A DNA stretch of 64,000 bases from Octopus sinensis. Taxonomy: Eukaryota. Below, one piece after another: positions 1-13,209 of this stretch (the stretch's first letter is position 1; every line of letters starts with the position of its first letter). The notes below the pieces were generated by a model. It saw only the letters and a program-made list of their open reading frames with translations. It had not been told where the DNA came from and made no database searches. The position numbers and the translations under genes are program-made. Where the stretch lies: NCBI RefSeq assembly GCF_006345805.1, contig NC_043000.1, forward strand, positions 105,400,001-105,464,000. Reading direction: 5' to 3'.

Positions 1-446
1 GCATTTCAATAACTGAAACAAATAGAAAATAAAAGGTAAATGCTATATTACAGAAACAAAAACAGTTTCATTACATCCTACGTTTCTACTAATAACCGAG
101 TAGCAGCTTCAAAGATATTTCCACTCACTTTTTTATTTGGACGAGAAGAACGTATGCGCTCTTTGTGCTTGCAGGAATTTGGCAGTGGTGGATGACTGGG
201 AAGTGATAGTGGATTAGAAAGGGAAGTAGACGATGCCAGCACAAGTGGTGAACACGAGCTTGAGATTTGATCTGGTTTTTGCATCAAGAGCAGTACATCG
301 TATAGTCGTCATGGGCTCAGCTACTTCGAGTGAGACGAAGATAGAGAAAATGAAAGAAAGGAAGTGGGGTATGCAGAGTTGATGGAAAACTGCAAGGAAA
401 ACTGATGAAGGACAAAAGCTATGGACAGTGGAAGATGGCTGTATGG

Positions 447-558
447 TTTTGCAGAGCTTTGCAATGCTTTGCAATGCTTTCCAGGCCTTTGCAGAGCTTT
501 GCAAGGCTTTGCAGAGCATTGCTATGGCTTTGCAAGAACTTTGCAAGGGCTTTGCAGG
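447..558. repeat. 10-11 bp tandem repeat (TTTGCAnnGC-like), about 10 copies
   Basis: gcagagcttt gcaatgcttt gcaatgcttt ccaggccttt gcagagcttt gcaaggcttt... Confidence 0.8.
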
Positions 559-1377
559 TCTCGCTGTAAGGAAGTGGCTTGACGCTTTAAATGTGGACTG
601 AGGGTAGAAGGTTTGTTGCGATGGATTTGTTAGATAGCAGCGGTTGGTTTATGTCTGATAATGCAGAAGTTAGCAAGCAACAACGGAAAAGGTACTGAGT
701 AGGATGTCCCAGTGCAGCACCGGACAGCCAGATAGATATATAAGCTACATAAGTATCCAAGAATCGATGAAGTCTGGTACACTGCTACTGGTCCTCCTAT
801 GTTGGAACTTTGCCATTGATTTTAATTGTTATTTTACTGTTTTTAGTTATTCATAAAAAAACAACTCAGAGATAAAACGGGAATACTTTTTATTTAACAG
901 ACAAGAAACGCACGTATATCACTACTAAAATGGTGTAGGTTGATGCTGTTAAGTCCTAGGTCAACCCTCAGCAACCATACCTATGATTACATGTGTTCCT
1001 GCTTTGACTTCATCGCATTTTTAGGCGTATTTAGTTCTACATTATACCGTGTCCTTCGTTTTGAAGATTGTGGTGCTAAATCTGATGGAATTTTGGTTGC
1101 TATTTCTGTAAGGTTAACAGATCGCATTGCATAATTGTTCCCTTACTGGGTCGGTGACAGAAGATTTGCAAGAGAGAGCGAGAGAGAGAGGGGGGGATGA
1201 AGAAAGAAGAATGGTGTGATAGCGATGTGGGAGATGGAAGAGTGAGCTTAGGAAGACAAGTGGAGAACATAGTAATATTATGAGAGAGTATTGAGTATAC
1301 TTGAAAGAAAGAGTAGATAAGAGAGTGATTAAGAACTATGTATAACAATGCGTAAGCGGAGAAAATGCGCAGACAAT

Positions 1378-1572
1378 TGTGTGTGTGTGTGTGTGTACGT
1401 GTGTGTGTGGTGTGTGTGTGTGTGTGTGTGTAAGTAGGGGAGTAAATGAAATGATAGAAGGAATGAGTGAGTGTGGCAAGGGTGATAGTGTGGGTGATGG
1501 TGGAAGTGATGGTGTGGATGGGGTAGCGATGATGGTGGTGGTGGTGGTGGTGGTGGTGGTGGTGGTGGTGGT

Positions 1573-1646
<74 letters not shown>

Positions 1647-1850
1647 CGAGAGAGAGCAGGTGGGAAAACATGAGCTGCATGAGAGAGAAAATAGTTAAGG
1701 TAAACAAAAGAATTAGAGATAAGAAAGCGAGAGACAGACAAGCAGACAAAGAGGGGGAAAGAGAACTAAAGAGAGCTAAAGAGAGAGAGACAGACAGGAA
1801 GACAGACAGACAGGCAGATAGACAGACAGACAGATACAGACTGAGAGAAG
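1378..1850. repeat. (GT)n, (GTG)n and (AGAC)n simple repeats
   Basis: Directly visible; these account for the His/Thr/Val ORFs. Confidence 0.95.
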
Positions 1851-2084
1851 GTAGGGGTTGAAAGTGCTGAAAGTGGAATAAGAAAATAAAATCAATATTT
1901 AACCTAAATACATAATAAAAACCATCAAAGACTGCAATGTTCTGGTGATACCGGGGAAATACCTGAATTGTAATGGCTTCTGACTCTGCTGATGCTGCTG
2001 TTGTAATTGCAGATAACAGCTGCTGCTGCTGCTGCTGCTGCTGCTGCTATGTAGTGTTGTTGTAATTACAGTTGTTGTACAGAA

Positions 2085-2290
2085 CGGTGAACTGGCAGAA
2101 TCTTTGAAGCGTCGGAAAAATACCTGATAATATTACTTTTGGCTCTGTAACGTTCTGAGTTCGAATCCCGCCGAAATCAACTTTACCTTTTCATCCTTCC
2201 GCGGCCGATAAAATAAAGGGCTAATCATTCACTGGACTCTATTTAATCGGTTAACCCCTTCCCACCAAATTCGTGTCTTATACCTAAATT
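2085..2290 (+). mobile_element. tRNA-derived SINE, family 'E' (ggcggtgagctggcagaa head), diverged
   Basis: ggtgaactggcagaa...gttcgaatccc (B box)...tcatcctt; same family at 37832, 39632 and in minus-strand copies. Confidence 0.75.
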
Positions 2291-2299
2291 CGGTGAGAA

Positions 2300-3828
2300 A
2301 AATGCTTATTAGAGATAGTTATTACTGCTGTTGGTCACATTTACTGCTGCTGCTGTAACTTACTACAGTTACACATATACTGCTGAAGCTGTTACGGCAG
2401 CTTCTGCTAATATCTAGTGCTGCTGCTTATTACTTACTGTTGCTGCTGTTGATGGTGTTACTGTTACTTCTGCTGCTGCTGTTGCAGCTGTTATTTCAAC
2501 TGTTACCCAAATCTAACGCTGAAGATTTCGTGGCTGCTGTTACTGCTGCTGTACAGATCTGCTGCAACAAGCGCTGCCGTGTCACTAATACTGCTGTAAC
2601 TCTGCAGTTACTGCTCACATCTATTGCTGCTGTTGCTCTTACTGCAACTTCTTACATCAACTGCTGCAGTTGCTGATATTATTCTGCTGCAGTTACATTG
2701 TCTATTGTTAGTGCTCATAGGAGTGGCTGTGTGGTAAGTAGTTTGCTTACGAACCACATGGTTCCGGGTTCGGTCCCACTGCGTGGCACCTTGGGCAAGT
2801 CTCTTCTACTATAGCCTCGGGCCGACCAAAGCCTTGTAAGTGGATTTGGTAGACGAAACTGAAAAGAAGCCCGTCGTATATACGTATATATATATGTGTG
2901 TGTTTGTGTATTTGTGTCTGTGCTTGTACCCCCAACATCGCTTGACAACCGATGCTGGTGTGTTTACGTCCTCGTAACTTAGCGGTTCGGCAAAAGAGAC
3001 CGATAGAATAAGTACTAGGCTTACAAAGAATAAGTCCTGGGGTCGATTTGCTCGAGTAAAGGCGGTGCTCCAGCATGGCTGCAGTCAAATGACTGAAACA
3101 AGTAAAAGAGTAAAGAGTATATATTAAACTGTTGTTGTCCACATACTCTGATGTCGTTGTTCACATTATCTACAGCTATTGCTCACATAATCTGCTACTG
3201 TTGCTCACATCAATTGTTGCTGTTGGTCATATCAACTGTTGCTGTTGCACGCAAACTTTTCTGCTGTTGTCCACATATTTTGCTGCTGTTGCTCACATAG
3301 TCTACTGTTGTTGCTGATATTATTCTGCTGTTGTTATGCATTGTTGTTGCTCACAAATTTTGCTGCTGTTGTTCACCTTATCTACAGCTGTTGTTCACTT
3401 ATTCTGCTGCTGTTGTTTACATCAACTTCTGCTGCTGCTCACATATTTTTCTGCTGTTGTTCACCTATTTTGCTACTGTTGTTCACCTTATCTATAGCTG
3501 TTGTTCACTTATTCTGCTGCTGTTGTTTACATCAACGTCTGCTGTTGCTCACATATTTTGCCGCTGATGTCCACATATTCTACTGCTGTGATGACTGCAT
3601 TTCTTGTTGACAACTATTACAGCATCTGTTACTACTTTTGTCAAATCTGATGCTAACGTTTATACTGCTGCAAGTAGTCACACCTAATGTTGCAGCTGTT
3701 AAAGGTGCAGCTATCACAGTTGTTTCTATTCCAGCTGTTACAAAACATCGACTGCATGTGCTAGAGGAGCTGATGCTCACATATGCTGCTGCATGTATTA
3801 CTGCTGATATTGAAATTAGCTGCTGCTC

Positions 3829-3863
<35 letters not shown>

Positions 3864-5100
3864 AAGCAACAAGACGGGTAAGGGTGATTAGGTGATGGTC
3901 TAGGGCTTAGGGGCGGGAGACCCCAGACCTTGGAAAAAAAACTTTGGTCGTCTTGTTGTAGTCGGGGGCTCTTCGTTGACGCTCGACACCACTGGGAGGT
4001 GGCCCACGAAGTCGCTGGAAATGGAGATCTCCAGGTCCAAATACTTGAACGGCTGCTGCTGCTGTCTACTACTTCTGTTATTGCATCTGTTGCACATATC
4101 TACAGCTGCTGCTGTAGTTTTTGTTGCCTACATTTGCTGCAGTTGCTATTGCTGCTGTTGCACATATCTAACGCTGTTGTTGTTGCCGTTACTCATTCCA
4201 AAATAGCTGCTATTTCTGCAGCTCCAGTTGTCCACATCTACTGCTTCTGTTAATGCTGCTGTCGTTACGTTGCTGCCACTGTCTCTCGCTTCTATTACTG
4301 CAGACACCAACATCTGTTGCTGATTTCTACCAATTTACACAGCTAAATATACCCACCAGATGAGCAAAGCCATCACCATACATATGTGGAACGCACTGAT
4401 TGGCAGCCAAAATGCTATGATTGCTGCTGCTCTTGCTGCTGGTGCAGTTCTTCATATCTGCTGCTGTATTTGTTACTAACTCTAGCCTCATCATCAATTC
4501 TTGTTTCTGTAGTGTTGACTCTATCTCCTAATGACTCTGCTACTGCTGCTTCGGCTGCTGCTGCTTCTGAAGAGGGGGGCGCGGAGGAAGGATGAGGACG
4601 AGGAGGACGATGACGAGGAGGACGATGACGAGGAGGAGGACGACGACGATAACGTTTGTCTTACATCTACTGATTGTCTGCTGATACTGATGGTCTTATG
4701 CAGCTGATATTGTTCCTGAAGATGCTTCACGCAATTTGCATCTGCCGCGTCTTTTTGCTGCTATTGAAACTGCATGTTCTCATACTTATTTACTACTGCT
4801 GTTGGTAATTCTGCTGCTTTTGGTATTGTTGTTCATTTCTGTTCCTACAGCACACATCAACTACTCTGCTGCAACTCACATCTGCTAATTTATCCAACAT
4901 CTGTTGACATTGGCGATTATGTTGATCACATCTAGAGCTTCAACTCACATCTGTTTCAACAGCTCACATCCGCTGGTGCTGCTCAGATACCCAGCCGTAA
5001 TTGTCATCTACTGCTCTGGGATACATTTATTGAGATTAGTGATACTGCTAATCACATTTAGTACTGCAACTAACATCTTATATTACTACTACTGCACACA
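2300..5100. repeat. degenerate (CTG)-rich ~20-bp minisatellite region (ctgctgttgctcacatatt)
   Basis: Recurrent gctcacat/ttcac motifs; an ~80-bp block is duplicated at 3366 and 3477. Confidence 0.7.
2720..3118 (+). mobile_element. full-length tRNA-derived SINE, family 'A'
   Basis: A/B-box head ggagtggctgtgtggtaag...ggttcggtccc, internal (TG)n, tail gactgaaacaagtaaaagag; many copies in the window. Confidence 0.9.
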
Positions 5101-5118
5101 TCTGTTAATGCAGTTCAG

Positions 5119-5720
5119 ATCTAATAATGTAGCTATACCTGATAACGCAACATACATCTGATAATGCGGCTCGTACTTGATATACCTGATAATGTAGCAA
5201 TTCAAAAATGCAGCTATATCTGATAATATATTTGATAATGCAGCTCACATCTGATAATGTAGCTACACCTGATAACGCAACACACATCTGATAATGCGGC
5301 TCGTACTTGATATACCTGATAATGTAGCAATTCAAAAATGCAGCTATATCTGATAATATATTTGATAATGTAGCTATACCTGATAACGCAACATACATCT
5401 GATAATGCGGCTCGTACTTGATATACCTGATAATGTAGCAATTCAAAAATGCAGCTATATCTGATAATATATTTGATAATACAGCTCACATCTGATAATG
5501 TAGCTATACCTGATAATGCAACACACATCTGATAATGCAGCTCATATCTGATACATCTGATGATGCAGCAACAACTGAAAATGCATCTATATCTGATAAT
5601 ATAGTTGATAGTGCAACTCACATCTGATTAAGCAGTTAATATTTGATGGTACAACTCACAACTGATAATACAACTCACACTTGATAATACCACTTACTTC
5701 TGATAATGCAATTCACATAC
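5119..5720. repeat. higher-order minisatellite: ~19-bp monomer (ctgataatgcagctcacat) in 130/111/130-bp units
   Basis: The unit start ctgataacgc/ctgataatgc recurs at 5139, 5269, 5380 and 5510. Confidence 0.9.
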
Positions 5721-5773
5721 CTTAATTTGCCTCTAGTATCTCTGATATTTCTGTCACTTTTTTTTTCCGGCAG

Positions 5774-5865
5774 ATGATGATGATGATGACAACCATGACC
5801 ACGGCAAGGATGAGGAGGAGGAGGCGGTGGATTTGGAAGAGCAGTTCAATGGAAAACAAATATGA
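5774..5865 (+). CDS. candidate terminal coding exon (acidic: DDDDDNHDHGKDEEEEAVDLEEQFNGKQI*)
   Basis: Strong acceptor (T-rich tract ending ccggcag); phase-1 frame open to TGA at 5863-5865; no homology recognised. Confidence 0.4.
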
Positions 5866-6299
5866 CAATCGCGCGCGCACATGCATTAATGCATACATAC
5901 ACATACATATAACATTCAGTACACATGTTCTTCACTGTGATAACACCAGCCAAGATATTGTATACAACAAGCACGTGTTTCCTCCCCCCCCTCTATCGTC
6001 TAAGCCTCCTATTTCTTTTATTACATATTTCTCAGTCTGTCCGTGCGCTTGTCCTCGTATACGTGCCCGTACATTATTTCAGACGGCTCTAGTAAATTAC
6101 ATCGTTGCTATACTTTGCGTACTTAGACAACTGTAAGCAAGATATGATAAGTTCAATTCCAGGTGATGCTATCAGCTGATCCAGAATTATTTTTCCGCCT
6201 TCAATTATTCTTTACAGGCATGGCTGTGTGATAAGAAGTTTGCTTCCCAGCCATGAAAACCCTTGTGAGTGGATTTGATAGAGGAAACTAAATAACTAT

Positions 6300-6860
6300 A
6301 CATATATTAATGCCTCGATATACGAGTTGATTTGTTCTCAGAGACCGCTCGTAAAATAAAAACTTGTAAAGCAGAGAAATAATTTCTCATAGCAGCAATG
6401 TTATAAATCATAATTCCTTCCCAGAAAATTATTTTATATATAACATTTATAATACTCGTAAATAAATGGCAATAAAACAACAGTAGAATGTAAAGAATAT
6501 TTTATGCAAAGTAAAAAGAATGTCAAGATCACTTATAATAAAAAAATATTATTATTATAATCGTTTTCTGCATCACTTACACTCGCACTAGACTCGCGCA
6601 CACCATCACTTGTTGATGCGATCGCCTATTCACAAGCACTCGTAGATAGACGTGCAGATTTCTTTTAAAAAACAACTGTAGAGTTGTTTGTTGAGAAGCT
6701 ACTTTCCGCTGTCTATAAATTTTTAGGTAACATGCAAAAGCATTTGTTATGGTAATAGAAACTTTTTTCACTTCGTTCAAAAGTTGGATCTTGTGCTTGA
6801 AAAAATTATCATAAAATAAAACTCGTAAAGCGGACAATCGTAAAGTGAGGTATAACTCTG
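6300..6860. mobile_element. pogo/Tigger-like non-autonomous DNA transposon
   Basis: Imperfect TIRs taatgcctcgatatacg / cgtaaagtgaggtataactctg and repeated subterminal ctcgtaaa motifs. Confidence 0.55.
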
Positions 6861-6902
6861 TGTGTGTGTGTATGTATACATGTGTATGTATATACATATA
6901 TA

Positions 6903-6953
<51 letters not shown>

Positions 6954-6972
6954 ATATATATAATATATATAT

Positions 6973-7054
<82 letters not shown>

Positions 7055-7075
7055 TGTATGTATGTGAATATATAT

Positions 7076-7455
7076 AAGCCTGGTACTTATTCTATTGGTA
7101 CTCTTTTGTCGAACCGCTAGATTACGATGACATAAACACACCAACATAGGTTGTCTAGCAATGGTGGGACACAAAGATACACACACACACACACGCATAC
7201 ACACACTCACACACGTATTCACACACACGCACATACATACACAAGCTTCAATGGCACACCCATACACACAGACATACATTGACACATACATGCATCAAAA
7301 CAAATGTCAAGTACACCTGTTCTACACTGTCAAGGGCGTATACCAAATCCACTCACAAGGCCTGACGCTATAGAAGAAGACACTTGCCCAAGATGCTGCG
7401 CAGTGAGACTGAACCCGAAACCATATGGTTGGGAAGCAAACTTCTTAATACACTA
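7076..7455 (-). mobile_element. SINE family A
   Basis: Reverse complement of the 2720-3118 element (ccaaatccactcacaagg, gaacccgaaaccat). Confidence 0.8.
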
Positions 7456-7949
7456 CAAATATGTGTGTGTTGTTTGTTCGCGAGTCGGCTGCATTTTAGG
7501 CGTAAGCGAATATATTCTCAATACACCTGGTGTTAAAAGCACCTGAATGTAAATAATAGGCAAGCTCTGTGTAGGTGTGTTCGATTTTGTTTATATATCC
7601 CGAGCTGCTTCTAACTCATACTTGAATGTGTGTGGGGGGTGGGGGGGGGTCCAAAAATTACAAAATAGCAAAGACGGAATGAAAGAATAACTGGGTGCAT
7701 TACGAGTTTATAACGCTAAGGAAAAATGGCACAAGTTTAACGTTTCATGTCTACACTCTTCAGCAGGAAGAATAGATGAGGAGAGAAAGAAAAAGAGAGA
7801 GAAAAGCAATACGTGTTTGAGTTAAACGGTCAAAGCACAATGAAATGATTGAAAGTGGGAGAAATTTCGGTTTGCGGCGTGGGTAGCTAGGTAAACCACA
7901 GTGAGCAAATATATGTATGTGTGTACGCGCGAACGAGTATGTGTGTGTG

Positions 7950-8125
7950 TATATGATACTAATGCGTGTATGTATGATACGGATGTGTGTGTGTGTATGA
8001 TACTGATGCGTGTATGTATGATACTGATGTGTGTGTGTATATGATACTGATGCGTGTATGTATGATACGGATGTGTGTGTGTATATGATACTGATGCGTG
8101 TATGTATGATACTGATGTGTGTGTG
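7950..8125. repeat. minisatellite, ~21-23-bp monomers (tatgatactgatgcgtgtatg / tatgatacggatgtgtgtgtg)
   Basis: About 8 alternating monomers visible. Confidence 0.85.
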
Positions 8126-8409
8126 AATGTGTGGGTATGACAACGCGTGTGCGCGCGTATGTGTGCGAATAAGTACGTATGTGTATATGAAACAATGTGT
8201 GCGAGTTTACTCTGTCGGTATGTGCGTGTGTACGTGTATATGGGTGAGTGTGTGTGTGTGTATGAGTCTATCCGACATATGTGTGTGCACTCGGAGTTAT
8301 TGGACGTTGTATACAAGTGCGTGTGTATATGACGCTATAATGTGTGTCTGTACAGTGTGCTTTTAGTGTATGAACATGTGTGCGTGGACTTTCATTTCTT
8401 GTATATATC

Positions 8410-8770
8410 TTTTATCTTTTACTTGTTTCAGTCATTAGAAGGCAGCCATGCTGGAGCACCGCCTTGATAGATTTTAGTCGAAAAAATCAATTTCAGTACT
8501 TATTTTCTTTAGGATTGGAAATTAATCTGACGGCCCTGTTTGCCGAACTGCTATGCTACGAGGACGTAAACAAACCAATACCGGTTGCAAATAGTCGTGG
8601 TGCGAACGAACGCAAACACACTTAGACATATTTTCGTCTACCAAATCCATTCACAAAGCTTTGTTCGACTCGGGACTGAAAGTGAAAGACTTACTCAAGG
8701 TGCCACACAATGGGACTGAACCCTGAATCATGCGGCTGGGAAGCAAACTTCTTACCACACAGCCACACCT
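8410..8770 (-). mobile_element. SINE family A
   Basis: ttttacttgtttcagtca...cttaccacacagccac is the reverse complement of tail to head. Confidence 0.85.
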
Positions 8771-8830
8771 ATATAACGTCGCACTTACAGTAGACTATCA
8801 ATTTGATATTATATATATACATATATATAT

Positions 8831-9036
8831 AAGTTCAGTAAAATTTAGATTCAGGTGAATATGGTACTTAAGTTAAAGGCACCAGAATTTAGTATCGTAT
8901 TATCTATATAATTCAAAATGGGGTGATTATAATCAAAATAAGCAACAAGGATACCCAGAGGTAATGCAGTACGATCGTCGTATGAAACGATCGTACTGCA
9001 TTACCTCTGGATATCCTTGTTGCTTATTTTGATTTT
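8831..9036. mobile_element. short PLE-like remnant in (TA)n with a 48-bp fold-back
   Basis: Arms 8931-8978 / 8987-9034 (1 mismatch); flanked by (TA)n. Confidence 0.6.
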
Positions 9037-9552
9037 ATTATATATTATATATATATATTATATTATATATATATATATATATATATTATATTATATATAT
9101 ATATAATATATATATATATACACACGCGCGCATGCACATACGCGTACGCACATACACATGCGTGTGTGTATGTCATGCATGTGTCAGGAGTACCTTCTGA
9201 TACTTAACCTGGAGCATGCAATTCTAAAGATCAAAATTTTATAATTAAAATAGGGTACATGTACCATGCATATTCGCTCTTCCCATCTACCTTGCTCGTA
9301 ACGATCAATAATTATATTAAGATCATTATTTGCATTCATTGAACTATTCATGTAGGAGATGCTGTGCATGTCTGTGGAGTGTCTAGTCACCTACAATAAT
9401 CATTTCGGATGAAGCCTTTTAGATAACGATAACAATAATTAGCAAAAATATTTAGAGACTCACTAATTCTGATAAATAACCGACTGATAATATTATGGGT
9501 GAATGTGTTTCCGGTGCGTGCGTATGTACGCGTGTATGTGCCTATGTATTTG

Positions 9553-9631
<79 letters not shown>

Positions 9632-9642
9632 GATAGACAGAC

Positions 9643-9718
<76 letters not shown>

Positions 9719-9800
9719 GATAGATATAGATAGATATTTCTGTTTTTTATTATTATTTTATATTCTTAGATATTACCTATATATCACATATATGCGTGCG

Positions 9801-9833
<33 letters not shown>

Positions 9834-9852
9834 TTATATATATATATATATA

Positions 9853-10128
9853 TACCAATTAAGGACTGAACACGAAAAGTGGACAGTCAAAATGCTAGAA
9901 TAGACGTCAATCGCCATTCACCACAAAAAGATTATGTTCTCAGTTTGATCTGAGAACATAATCTTTTGTGGTGAATGGCGATTTGACGTCTATATCTAGC
10001 ATGTTGACTGTCCACTTTTCGTGTTCAGTCCTTATTGGTATATATAAATATTTTAATCTTCGGATTCTTTTTTAATATGCTAGACCACTGGTCTTAATTG
10101 ATAAATATCAATTCTACCCTTAATTAAA
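9853..10128. mobile_element. short PLE-like remnant in (TA)n with a ~90-bp fold-back plus tail
   Basis: Arms 9853-9943 / 9950-10040; unique tail to ~10128; (TA)n on both sides. Confidence 0.6.
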
Positions 10129-10129
10129 T

Positions 10130-10160
<31 letters not shown>

Positions 10161-10195
10161 TCAGCAACAAGCATACACATACATACATACATACA

Positions 10196-10228
<33 letters not shown>

Positions 10229-10588
10229 GTTTATATTTGTTCCTATATGAGTCAGTGCGTGTATGTTTGCGTGTGAGTTTGCGCGCGTGCGTTTGTTTGT
10301 GTGTGATCGCGCGCGCGCGCGAGTGAATGGTGCCCGGGAAAATACAGTCAGACACCACCATACCACACCCACCGTGATTCTCCTTTGAATCTCAAGAATG
10401 CAGCAACGTAACGCAAGTCTCACTCGAAACTCATTCACAGCGTTGGACACGCCTCTTTTCACTGGAAAATACTAGAAACGACTTTTATAGCTCTTCTCGT
10501 TCCGACTACCACCCACCACGCTAACACAATCACGTGTCTCGACAACCATTGAATGGAAGCCGGGGGAATTCACTGGGAAATATTGTCT

Positions 10589-10658
<70 letters not shown>

Positions 10659-10694
10659 ATGTTGTGATGGTGATGGTGGTGGTGGTTCTTGCGC

Positions 10695-10867
10695 TTATTC
10701 TTGATCAAGTTGCTCTTGTTGTCGAAGATGATGATGATGATGATGAGGTAGTGGTAGAGGAAGAGAAGGAGGATGCTGCACAGCGACAGTGCGATTGCGT
10801 GCAGCTACATTGAATAATTCTTTGAGTGGGGATATCCGGGTGGGAACAGGGGTGGAGCGGACACATT
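10695..10867 (-). CDS. candidate terminal coding exon (CVRSTPVPTRISPLKELFNVAARNRTVAVQHPPSLPLPLPHHHHHHLRQQEQLDQE*)
   Basis: Minus-strand acceptor tcattttcattcag; phase-1 frame open to TAA; unique sequence downstream (10320-10590) could be 3'UTR. Confidence 0.35.
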
Positions 10868-11150
10868 CTGAATGAAAATGACAATTAAGATTATTGAATA
10901 TGTATATATATAAATATATAAATATATAAATATAAACGTATGTGTATATATGTATTATATATGTGTATATATGTATCATATAAGTATATGTGTATATGTG
11001 CATATATATATCTATATATATTTACGCATATATGTATAAATATGCATATATATGTGTGTGTGTGCGCGCGTATATATACATACAGACATACACACATGTT
11101 TACAAATATATACATATATATGTGTATGTATATGCATATATGTGTGTGTG

Positions 11151-11181
<31 letters not shown>

Positions 11182-11182
<1 letters not shown>

Positions 11183-11680
11183 TGCCCTGATGCAGTGCCA
11201 GACAGTGGCTTGCAGGGTTTCTCATCTTAACTGTTTTGTCTTGGTATAAAAGACGGGCTACAGCAAATATTCTGCTCAATACCACAGATTTGCTTGTCGG
11301 TTGTTAGACTATAACCAGTTGAGCATGTCCTTTAGTGGCTGACGATATATGCATCACTGGTCACGAGCAGAAGTAGTGGGGGAGCATCATAGCCATGTGT
11401 TGAGAGGAATTCTTTGGGGTTTAGATAATTCACCTATAGAAACATGGGTGTTTCGTTCAACATCTTTAAGTAACCCTTATTCAGAGAACTTTTGAGCGGG
11501 ATGGGCTACTCGACATAAAGAAAATTCTAACTGGGCCCCACCTGATATGAAATCATCATGTTGCGCACATTTGGTTGTGATGCATGTGTCTGGTGTACCC
11601 TTATCAGACGAGTAGTCATGATGGGTATACTGGACTTCGTATATTTCACCTCGGTGTCACTTTAATGGCATGCGCTGCTC
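11182..11680 (+). mobile_element. ~500-bp non-coding element inserted in (TAA)n
   Basis: Complex sequence bounded on both sides by (AAT)n; no ORF and no tRNA head recognised; strand assumed. Confidence 0.55.
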
Positions 11681-11728
11681 AATAATAATAATAACAATAA
11701 TAATAATGATAATAATAATGATAATGAA

Positions 11729-13118
11729 CTAGATACGTTAAAACACGGAAGAGAAAATTAAAAAAAGAATACTATAGCGAATTAGATTAATACTGAAAAC
11801 AGAGCTCAATGCGAAAAACAAGATAATAGGTATCAACACTCTAGCCATCCCAGTTACAACTAGAATATCCTTAGCTGGACACTAAATCAATATAGACATG
11901 AAAACAAGAAAAATAATGACAGTATTTAGGATGCACCACCCAAAATCTGACATATAAAGGTTATATATACAACTTATAGAAGGTGGTAGAGGCCTTATAC
12001 AGCTAGAAAACTATTACAAAATAACTACCCTATGACTACAAAAATACCTACTTCAGAAGCAGGGAAAACTAATAGAAATAGCCATAAAACACGAACAAAA
12101 CAAAAACTGTTTTCAGTCTTTAAGGAAGCTGAGAAATACAAAAAAGAAGTCATAGTACTTAACAACAATGAAGAAAAAGAAGAAACAACAAAAGCTGTAA
12201 AACAACTGAAGACCAAACTAAAACTGGAACAGCAGCGGATCATGATAAAATAATGGCAAGATAAGCCCCTTCATGGCAAATACTGGGTTAAACTAAACAT
12301 TAAAGAAATAGACAAAGCAAAATCCCAACAATGGCTGAGAAGCTCAGGGCTCAAAGCAGGGACTGAAGGACTTTTAATTGCAGCACAAGACCAAAGCCTC
12401 CCCACCAGAAATTGCCAAAATCATATGATGAAATGAAGCATAACAAGTAACTGCAGAATATGTGGAGATGGACAATAAACAATAAACCATATTGTCTCTG
12501 GCTGCCCAGTCCTGGCTATGAAGGGATATATTCACAGACACGACAGAGTTGGGACCTATATACACTAGAAGCAATGCCAACACTATAGAATAACAACAGA
12601 AAAAAGATGGTATAGGCATACGCCAGAAAAAGTCACAGAAAATGAGAAAGCAACCATACTATGGGATATGCCAATACACACAAAGAGAGAAATTAAGGCC
12701 AATAGCCAGATATAGTTATCAGAGATCATCAAGAAAAAAATGCTTTCGAATCGATGTATCAATACCAACAGATGACAATGTTTCTCTACAAGAAATGGAG
12801 AAACTTTCATAATACAAGGACCTGAAATAGAGGTAACTCGAATGTGGAGTCTAAAAGCAGAAACAAATCCTATCATAATAGGTGCATTAGATATGATAAA
12901 AAAAAGCATTCAAACAAATACATAAAAAAAACACCAGGACTAACAAATATATATAATATACAGAAAATAGCACTACTAGGCACCGTACACATTATACGTA
13001 AAACACTTTCAATACAGTAGCAATAAGAGCACCACAATGAACTACAGCACATACCCAAAGCACACTGAGCTGCGCTCGGTAGTGCAGTGAAAGCATGTGG
13101 TAAAAATAAGACTATTGA
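11729..13118 (+). mobile_element. 5'-truncated R4/Dong-clade non-LTR retrotransposon (RT thumb, CCHC knuckle, RLE), decayed
   Basis: Translated motifs LKTELNAKNKIIGINTLAIPV, HHPKSD..RLY..EGGRGL, KPLHGKY, TEGLLIAAQDQ, CRICG..TINHIVSGC, RHD, ILWD, IDVSIP, QKIALLGT; sits in (TAA)n, the known Dong target. Confidence 0.9.
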
Positions 13119-13147
13119 ATGATGATGATGATAATATAATAATAATA

Positions 13148-13193
<46 letters not shown>

Positions 13194-13209
13194 TATTATT
13201 ATTATTATG

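Noticed and set aside
767-856. Short hydrophobic ORF MKSGTLLLVLLCWNF.. downstream of tatataag
   Set aside because: 29 aa, no donor site and no other support
1100-1861. Long His/Thr/Val-rich ORFs (also 16365-17263, 41009-41716, 50703-51311 and all IYIY/CVCV/MYVC ORFs)
   Set aside because: Translations of microsatellites and low-complexity DNA; no domain or splice support
4560-4653. Acidic D/E-coding stretch as an exon joining 5774
   Set aside because: No acceptor, weak donor and incompatible phase
5105-5621. Repetitive ORFs and a CRISPR-like look of the ctgataat array
   Set aside because: Inter-repeat segments are themselves repeated, there are no cas genes, and the context is eukaryotic; this is a minisatellite
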